DNA of 64,000 nucleotides from Ramazzottius varieornatus (Eukaryota; Animalia; Tardigrada), in NCBI GenBank assembly GCA_001949185.1, contig BDGG01000021.1, forward strand, positions 210,817 through 274,816. Direction: 5' to 3'. Every line of letters begins with the position of its first letter. Position 1 is the stretch's first letter. Made by a program: the position numbers and the translations under genes. A model generated the notes under the pieces. The model saw only the letters and a program-made list of their open reading frames with translations. It was not told the origin of the DNA and searched no databases. Of this stretch, positions 54,991 to 64,000 are shown piece by piece.

Positions 54991-57405
54991 ATGTTGTTAT
55001 CACGATCCCCCTTTCCTGCGCTCTGCTTCCTGAATGTCTTCCTTGTTGCATGCAAGGCCAGTGTATCCAGTCGGACAGCAAGCCAGTCTGCCAGCCAAGA
55101 GAAGGCACAGGTATCGGCAGGCATGCAGTTGGACAATAAGCCGGTGGCCGTTTCTGACGAGTTGATGTACAAGTCCGGTACTGATGAGCGCCTGGCCGCT
55201 GCCGAGAAGGCCTTTGGTGGAGGGCACAAGTACGGCAGTAAGGAAGAAGAGCTGAAGGACATCTATCAGTTCAACACTTTCTACAACCCCAAGAAATGGC
55301 AACAGATGCTTGAGGACTCGGATTACGAGGAACTGGACCAGGAAATGCGTAAGATCAAATCAGCTAGATGGCAGGATAACCAGAAGGAGGAGGAGGACGA
55401 ACTGGACGTGGACGAGGAAGCGGATGTCATGAGTGGAGAATTTGACGACGACGACGACTATGTGGCAATGGAAGTGGCCGCCGCTAAGGTACAGTTGGAT
55501 GAGCAGTCAGCGGAAAGTGTGCGGGTGAATAAAGAGCAAATGGCTGAGGAAGAGGAAGCTGCTTCCAATGATGACGAAAAGTCGGCAGAGACGGCGGACA
55601 AGCTGGCTCGCTGGATGGATATTGTGGCTGGCGGGCCAGACTTTACTGGGCAGGAAGAAGGCGACAAGGATCAGAAGGCAGCCACCTTCGATTTGTACAC
55701 CATGTTCTCCTCCCATTGGCCGCCAAAGAAAGAGGCTGTTGTCGAAGGAGAGACTAAAGAGGTGGACTTGCTTGATATGGACGATGACCGTCTGCACGAG
55801 GAAAACGTTCGACGAAAACGGTCCTATCAGACTTTTGACGATGATTACAGCAGCGCTGTGGTGGTAAGCCTACTGCGCCTTTTTCCTTCGGGGACCTTTT
55901 TTATGGATAATATTACTGATGTGACAACATTGTCTGATCTTTCAGTTTAACAACGACGGGGAAGATCAGGATAGAGGGAAATGGAAGGGCAATGATAAGG
56001 AAGAAAATAGGCAGCTGGAGGATGATGAGGAGCTGATTGAAAATGAGGAGACCTTTGACGAAGACGATTACGCTACTTGGGACGAGAAGGAGAAGGAGGA
56101 GAAGAGGCAAAGAGCTGACATTGTCGAAGAAGAGGACGCCAATGTCCAGCAGCTCGATGATGCTACCCTAGCTCTGGATAAAGCCGCCAAGAAAGAGATC
56201 GACAGGGAGTACGATGACGTCCAGCACAAAGAAGACCGGCACCAGGCTCAGCCTGAAATCGTCCATCACCGTCGGAAGGACAAGACTAGAAAGTACAGAA
56301 CCAAGGTCAGATAGGCCTGATTTGCAGTAAAGACTATCAAATGTGAAGTGAATTGATTGTGGATCTAGGTCAAGGATAGAAAAGGGCGGAAGCGTGTCAA
56401 GAATAGTGGCCTGCGGAATGTGCGGCAGCGTTTTGAAGTCAAGAATGCCGATGATGATACCAGCAGCCGAGTTGACCTTGGTCGTCGACGTAAAGACCAG
56501 CGGATGGACGCTGCCCCTTCTCACCACCGACTTGGTAAGCCTTGGCACCGTCACAAGCACTCCTTTGACCAAGAAGACGATGGATGGCGTGGCCAGCGGA
56601 CGGTGGCCCTCTCCCTGGGCCACCACAAGCAGCCAAGGCGCCCATATCCCCCCACTCGCTCACGCAGACGGGTAAGAGCTCACTATGTTGAGCCGCTTAG
56701 TTTTATTGCTATACTCTGTGCTTTTCAGCAGAGGTATGGAGAGGAGCGTTATGACGATGACGATGGGGACGACATGGAAAGGGATGACTGGCGCTCGCGG
56801 CGAACTCTGCGCCCTTCACGCGCCTCTATCAAAGAGACCAAGGAGATGTTAGCCGTTCGCCATCGAGGACAACAGCGAACCCCGCAGGGCAGCTCCCATG
56901 TGGTCAAGCGACGGCGGGACACTTGGAAGCAACTTGGCTCGGACGTCGAGCAGCACGAGTTTTCCTGGCACGACCTGCTGCAGTATGATCAGCAGTTGGC
57001 CAGAAGGCGACATCTGCAGGCCGATGACGCCTATGAGGTACAGGCCACGCATACCTTCGTCCACAGCCTGTCACTATGTATAAAGTTTATTTGGTTAACC
57101 TGCAGATGGATGTGGGGGACGGAAGTATAGCATCGCGTTATGCTGATGTCTGTAAGAAAGTGCGTGAGGAGTTTCGGGAGGCGCGATCTAGAGGTGCCGA
57201 CGGCCAGGCGCATCCGGGCATCACGTTTTCGGGGGCCTTCAAGAAGGGCCAAGGCGAGTGCGACATTTTCTGTGAGCGAACCGAAGGTGCCAACAGCGCC
57301 TATGTCCTCTTCCACCTCAAGGACTGGCCATGCGGAGCCGACAAGAAAGGTCGTTGCAGCCTGGACGGCAAATGCCAAGAAACCTCCAGGGAGAAGCACC
57401 GCTAG
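54991..57405 (+). CDS. Putative secreted acidic proprotein (granin-like) with a C-terminal six-cysteine module, about 5 exons
   Basis: Hydrophobic N-terminus (FPALCFLNVFLVACKAS), a D/E-rich half and many polybasic sites. In-phase GT-AG junctions at about 55863/55946, 56305/56370, 56671/56728 and 57036/57106. Confidence 0.6.
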
Positions 57406-58829
57406 TTACGAGACATTTCCCTGTGCTGTCAGCCCTTACAGGCTCAGCCTCCCACCATTATGATCGCCAGTTCTCCACAAGTCTGCCTACGGTATACCCC
57501 ACTCAAGGACGTGCCATACATGGCCTACCGCAATCTTCGTCCCGCTCCTACCGACACCACCGAAGAAAGCTTAGCTGATGTCCGCTCTTCCCTCAAGCTG
57601 GCAAGGATAGACTTCTCCCGGGTCGAATACCGTGACCTAGCGTAAGCGCACTATATGTGGTTGGTTTCGGTCGTATATCGTGTCCAATAATACCAGTTTC
57701 CACCTGCTGTTTTTGGGGTAATAACTTCCCGGTGGAACGCCGCCTTGGTCCTGGCGTCACGTTAACCTCTTCCGAACTTCTGTTGCTAGTTTAGCCATTT
57801 TGTTTTGGTTTTTCAGCATACTGCTTTCAGATCGTCCTTCTTCTTTCTGCGGCTACTATGATCTTGCTATACGTTTTACTTGACCTTCCTGTTGACTGTC
57901 TCCCAGCTCATTCTTAATATGTGCACGTTTTACCCGAAAGATTGATAAAGTGATGACAAAGAAATTAACACAACAAAGTATTACAGCATTTTCTCTTAAA
58001 TGAAGATGAATCTGACAAGGAAGATAAGAGGACAGTTGAACTTAAATGTCAAGAAAGCGGAGGGTCAAAAGTAAAATCAAATGAATGAGAACAGGTGAAG
58101 AAGTTAATAGAAGACGATGTGAAGGAGGGATCTTATGGCTGCAGCCAGCGAACCCTCCGCAAAAACTGGAGAAAGAGGGCAGAAAATGTTCAAATTGAAT
58201 TAGCAAAGATAAAAGGTTGAAAATGGTGGGGATTGAGCCAGTCTTTTCAGAGGAGCAGCAGTCGAGTGTGGCTTGGCAGAACCGTTAGATAAGCCGATAG
58301 AAAAGGGACAGATTGAAGTGGCCAACTGATCATCAACATCCAGAAAGTCTATGCAGAATAATAAACAGTCTATTCTTCCGTCTATACAGCCTAGACTTTG
58401 GTCACCGAAAACGTTTCCTTGCAAAAGAAGAGCAAATATATATTTATATATATAGAAGATAGTCTCTCTGTATGTAATGCTTGTCTTTCTTTCATCTCTT
58501 GTCTCTTGTCACCGGTTGGCGTGGAGGAAGTGCATGTTAAAGGGACGGACAAGGCCCTAGCAGGCTTGTTGCAGACAGAGGCGGAAATGGACTGGCGGCG
58601 GGCTTCCAGCAACAACAAGAGGAGGCACTGTAGGTGAGGGGCGAAAGAAGGAGAGAGGTGACAAGTACAAGGACAGGACAGAACAAAAGCATAGAAACTC
58701 TTTGTAACAACAGGGCTGAGAGAGAGAGGTAGAAAGGCTGTCTTCCTTTCCTGCCTTCTCTCCCTATATGACGGCGTGGGTTTGGCACTTTGTCTGCAGT
58801 GGATGGGGCGATGAGGGCGGTGGACGGGG

Positions 58830-60070
58830 TCAGGAGGATTGCTGCTGCTGTTGTGTCAGGCTGACCTGCGATATCTGTCGAGGGGGCTGGCGAAAGTTGC
58901 CAAAGGAGGCGCTGGTCTGCGTAATGTGGAACTGGCGCAGGGCCTGACAAACGTCCATCGTCTTGCTCAGCTTCTCCAGAAAGGGAATGAGGTCCAGCAG
59001 TTCCCGATCGTTGGGGTCGTCAAACCACGAGGCCACCGGCACCTACCAACAGAGACTAGCCTTGCATGCTGGAGGGGCGCTTAAGTTAGGGCGGATGGAC
59101 TTACGGCGTGTTCGGGATGGAAAATGTAGGAGGCAGGTGAGTTATCAACAATAACAACATTGCTCAGCTCCCGACCCAGCCGACTAAGGTCCTGTCCACA
59201 GACAAGAAATATGACAAGTTACAGTTGAGGCAGCTGACAGAAGAAGGAGGGAGGGGCGGCTGCTGCTGCTGGCACATCCCCTTATTTACCTTGACGTAGT
59301 TGCCTCTGTAGAAGACGCAGGATTCGCGGAATAGTCGGGCACGAAAGACTCCCCATTTGTCCAGCAGATCGGCCACCGGATCGGCATACTACATAAGAAA
59401 GCAAGCCACACATCCATTAGCCATATATGCTCACCATCACATCTCACATCATAATTATGACGTTAAAAAGGAGGGGAGCGCATTGGTGGCTGACCTTGGC
59501 CAAGCTGGCGGTGAAGAGGACGCACTCGAAGCACTGGCCCACCTTCTGCAGGAATTCGTCAACGTGAGGGCGCTTGCAGACGTAGACTTGATGGATGATA
59601 CCATCAATTTCTACAGGCACTATGAAGTCGGCATTGGCAATGGGCTACACATCAGCCAGAGACAATTAAGAATGCAATTAAGGCCATGACCAATATTGAT
59701 GTCAGAAGATTGAGGCAACCTTGAAAGAGCTGTGAACGAGCGTTTCGTCCAGGTCAATGACGATGCATTTACGATGGGCATCGGAGGAGCGAATGGGTGG
59801 AAGGAGGCTAACGATGGTCTGTAAATGAAGAAGGAGCAGTGGGTCATGTGAGGGGACAGCCTAATTGAAGAGTGTATAGCTGACCTTGTCGGGGGTGGCT
59901 ACAGCAGCGTTGTTGGCGGCGCTGTTCCTGTGGCCTTTGTAGAGGTGGTTGGGGTGGGGGCCGCGTGTCGACCTGATGCAGCAGAGGATGGACTGCAGGA
60001 TGCGACGGTTGGCCGTCGCCGTCTTGGACTTGATGTTGTGCGGCGTGATGGAGACACCTGCAATGATGGA
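58830..60070 (-). CDS. CTDSPL: Small CTD phosphatase (SCP/CTDSP family, HAD DxDxT); 5' end not located
   Basis: [85 protein letters not shown] and [15 protein letters not shown]. The upstream exon has the SILCCIR palmitoylation-type motif. Confidence 0.92.
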
Positions 60071-61512
60071 GACAGCCACATCAGCACACTGCTGCGCTAA
60101 AGCAGACCTGCATGTACATCCAGCCCTAGCTTCCTATAGACTGTCACCTCATTCAAAGACCACCTACTGCTCTTACCCGCTCTTCGCATTGCTCCTATTT
60201 TGGCTTATATCTGGCGGCAGCAGCAGCAGCCATGCCCGCCTGACGACCCAACTCTGCAGCCATCAACAGGGTCTCCATCTATAACCAGACCCCAATCCTT
60301 TTCCCATCATTGTGAAGAATCTTTGTACTGGACGGAGGAGTATACAGTATAAAAGCCTGCGGCAAAGAGCGGTAGCATTTGGCAAGTAAAGTCGCTACCT
60401 TCTAGCTTTCCTCATCTTGTATGGCCCTTCACGTCGATCCTTGACCATGGTTGCCTAATCTGGCTAGAAGAAAGGCCGGGGCTATAGGAGCTGGCATGGC
60501 TGTGAAGGTCGTTGGCTGTCTCTCAACTGGACAAGGACAAGGATGAAGGGTGGGACGAGGCGGACCGAGGTCGTCGGGCTGGGCTGGTCCAGGCCTTGCC
60601 CTTGTTACTTGTACCTTATGTCTAGTCTTGCCTAAGGTTGGCCCTTCCTTGATGCTGACGTTTGACGTTGGCCCAGTACAAAGTCAAGGATGGGCAGGCT
60701 GGAGGAGAGAAGCTAGGGGCTGTATATATGTCAAGTTGAGCAAGCGCCGCCTGTGTCAGGCTTCATCACTGTCAGCCGACATAGAAGAAGAGGCCTACAG
60801 TGGGGGGGGGGGGCAGTTAGGCCGGCAACAAGGAGCAAGTCAGTAGGAGCTAGGCTGCCTAATTGTGAGGGCGCAAACGTCACCATGTAGTATGAGGCCC
60901 CATCTTGCCCTACTTTAGCACTACTATGCCCAATATCCCATAGCTCTTCCTTCTCCGCTTGCCACTCCCACCACTCTTCTTCCGCCTGGCCAAACATCCT
61001 GCGCCTCCATCGACAGCTTCCCCAGCAGCAGCTCGCCACCCTGGACCAGCAGCCAACTTTACAGTGCAGGCCTGCATACTGCCCATACATTCATTTGTTG
61101 CAAATGCCTACCCATCACTAACCAACGTACTGCCAACATCCTCATTTCTTCCTCTACACGCACCAAGAAAAGGTTTGGAATAGGCCATTGCGAAACAGCG
61201 GAACGGAAGTTCGTACGTATGTATGCCCCGTGACACCAATGCCCCTTTTTGACAATTTTCTACGGTTAAGTTAACAATTTACCGTCTGTTGCAAACTTTC
61301 ACTTCGAGCGTCTACTTCTCATGAGACCTTTCAGCTTCCTTCCCCTCTGTTGCAGCCCATGGCTCCCCGTGTCCAGCAAACCATTAAGGTCGCTGGAGGA
61401 CCTTGAGTCGGCTGCTAATCAAGCGTAAGGCCTTATCCAGTCTTTTTCTGCCATCGGAGAAGAAATGCAACGTTGCGGCCGACGTTCCTACAGCAGTGCC
61501 AATACAGTATAG

Positions 61513-61741
61513 AGAAGGCTCGGCGAAGCTAAAATAGGCCGTTTAGCCGCGGCTAAAGCAGCTAAAGTACTTTTAGCCACGGCTAGAATGTACTGTGCGT
61601 TCGAATGATTTATTGATGCCGAAACTATTTCAGCCGACTCAATATCAACAAATCAATCAAACGCACAATACATTTTAGCCGCGGCTAAAATATTTTTAGC
61701 CACGGCTAAGAACGGCTTATTTTAGCTTCGCCGAGCCTTCT
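61513..61741. mobile_element. Palindromic MITE (229 bp)
   Basis: About 30-bp TIR AGAAGGCTCGGCGAAGCTAAAATA.GCCGTT with ATAG on both flanks, and four internal TTAGCC(G/A)CGGCTA palindromes. Confidence 0.8.
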
Positions 61742-64000
61742 ATAGCTGCCAGCACATGTTATACTGCCAATCAAAGTGCAAAGCTAGCTTCAAAGTTGCT
61801 GAAGCTAGCTTTGCTTTAAAGTAGCTGGTTCTTGTCAGAAGAGCTGCCTCCTTCCTAGTACCAACGATCAACGTCGATCGCCTTGCAAGAAAGCCTCGTG
61901 GCGCGTCATGGGCTTGTCAGTCACGCTCCATGCAAGCACATTCTATCGGCCCCAACATGCACATACACTTCTTTCTCCAGAAGAAGCTGCAAATTAGACG
62001 ATCGACCGTCCCTCAATCTTGCCTATCCTACTGTACACACATATTATACGGACATGGCATTTCTGCCTAACCTTTTTCCAACGCCAACATTGGCCAGAAG
62101 GCGTCAAACGTCATAAGCGATAATGCCCGGGGCAAAAAGACAAGGAGGCAACTTGAACGCAATGACACAAGGATCAACATCACCTCGAGAGCTGCATCCT
62201 CCCCCTTATAATATTCCCATTTGTCCTATTAACCTCACTCCATTCCACACATCCACCTTCCCTCGTTTGCACCTGCAACAAAAGACAGGACCAAAGATTG
62301 AGGAGGGTGAACTGACAGCCCAAGTCACCCTCCCTTCCTCAGCAAAATTGCGGAGGCCAAGGAGATGCAGACGACGCGCCATCACATGGAAGTCTGAGGG
62401 GAAATTGCGGGAGAGGAAAAGAGGGTCAAGGAACGGCAATGCGCAACTTGATGTGACAGCTAAGGCTTCCTGCCACTGTGCATCGAGTGGATGGGACATT
62501 GATACACGCCATCCGGGAATAGTCTTGTTCCTCTTTGCTTCCGTTACAGACTGGCAGCTGCCTGTTTTGTCTTTAACATAGGAGGCGCTTTATCGCTCCA
62601 CGGCAGACGCGACACTTTGCATATCCCAACACTGCCATATGAACAAGATGCTGGCTTTCTCACTGTCACAACAGGCATATTTCTTTCCTTCCACTGACAT
62701 TGTCCTTTCACGTTCTATCAATATCCCATTTATCAGGTTGTTTAGATGGCAAGGTGTCAGTTGTAGCTGCTGAAGCAGCCTTCATTTTGAGGCTGAAAAA
62801 ACAAGAGCTAGGGGGCGCCATAAGGCTGCCACTGTGTAGGTGCCAAAGAAGGCCAGTGTGGCCTTGCATAAGACGTGTGTTAAGTTAGCATGCTCGCCAT
62901 AAGTAACAACATAAAACGACTTGTCGACTACGCAGCAAAGACTGTCGTCAATCTTTGACAATCTGCCCGTGGACCGTGGTGCAAAGTACCGTCTTTTTAC
63001 TGTCTTGCACGTGAATTCCAACAGATGAGAAATTATGTCATGTGTTGCGGGCTAGCTGCTCATGCCTGACCATAAAGCCTATCCAGCCTCATTCCCCAAG
63101 CTACCACACACACACAAGCAAGCAACCCGTCCCTCCCGTCCTCCAGCCAACCCGTTTATCGGGTCCCCTCTTTTCTTGCCTGTCTGACAGGACGATCGAG
63201 CTACACTTCGACATGACGATTCCTGTCCTTCCTATTTAATCTCCACCAAGTCTTGTCCTGGGGAGATATCCGCCTTTTGTGAACATGTCCCCGGCCAAAG
63301 CTTGCTGCTCCTTCCTGCCCACCTACAACACATGACACAATAACAAAGCAGAAAGGCTAAAGACTGCCAGACAAAGCCCTCTCCTCCTTGGTCCCTGGAT
63401 TCACTGACGTCTCTCCTATTCTGCTGGGAGCAGCAACCTGGACTTGAACCTGCAAAGGTAGCAGAGGATTTTAATTACAGGCAAGGATGATGCCTGCCAA
63501 GTACCAACAAGCAACCGTCAAGGCCAGCTAGATGACACAAGTGAAGAGTCATCAACTCCAGCATTTCCAACTGCAGCCTTCTCCTTCGGACCTTTTCCCT
63601 CACATCCATCCATCAACGCAGATAACAAGACAAATACTGCATCGGTTATTCATAGCGACACTCGACGCTTTCTCTAAAAATCTCAATATATACACATGGC
63701 CTCATGTTTACGGAACACGGCAGACGCCTCGACGAAGGATAAGTATATCGTCAAATAGGTGATCCACCACGGACAAAAAGTGTCTCCTGAGAATAAACAT
63801 GCCCACGCACTGCGCACTGCACGAAAAGACCACAACGTCTGCCCACTACGGTTTGACACCACAAAAGACGCCACGGTGCTAACTGCGCATAATTGCCCAT
63901 CCATGGCGCGCCATCAGAGTCAGACATGAACGCAGGTGCGCGCACTGGTGCATCAGCTGATTAACCCACTTGAACACCCGCATACACGGATACGCAACTT

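Noticed and set aside
57460-57645. Extra small ORF after the acidic protein stop
   Set aside because: It could be an alternative last exon, but there is no splice or homology support.
60300-64000. Short ORFs as genes or as the CTDSP first exon
   Set aside because: No recognisable protein similarity; most likely intron or upstream sequence, and the CTDSP start may lie outside the window.

Overview
This is eukaryotic (animal) genomic DNA from a compact genome with mostly short, roughly 55-100 bp, GT-AG introns. The style is compatible with a tardigrade or similar invertebrate, but that is a guess. Positions 1-10.8 kb are a nested transposon island: a decayed long-spacer (about DD85E, Sailor-like) IS630-Tc1-mariner element with a hAT MITE in its left TIR, a LINE ORF1 remnant, and a full-length but decayed hAT element. 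A tightly packed gene block follows: gamma-tubulin complex component 2 (+), an orphan His-rich gene (-), extended synaptotagmin (+), an unusual PKA regulatory subunit (-), CFIm25/NUDT21 (-), an RNF145/TRC8-like RING-H2 membrane E3 (+) and USP7 (-). A second hAT-dominated island spans 34.6-39.8 kb. After it come BCCIP (+), CDK5RAP1 (-), a CRE-like RLE retroelement fragment, a divergent DEUBAD/ASXH-domain gene (+), TMEM184C-like (-), a secreted granin-like acidic proprotein (+) and a CTDSP/SCP phosphatase (-). The most notable observations are: (1) an RII-type PKA regulatory subunit with about 430 aa of repetitive disordered sequence, built partly from tandemly duplicated symmetric exons, between the D/D domain and a Gly pseudosubstrate site; (2) a family of foldback elements seen only inside introns of four genes; (3) an Asx-like DEUBAD protein lacking the NEF motif and the PHD finger; (4) a secreted polybasic-site proprotein with a six-Cys C-terminal module. 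Exon structures and family calls were made by eye, without alignment tools.
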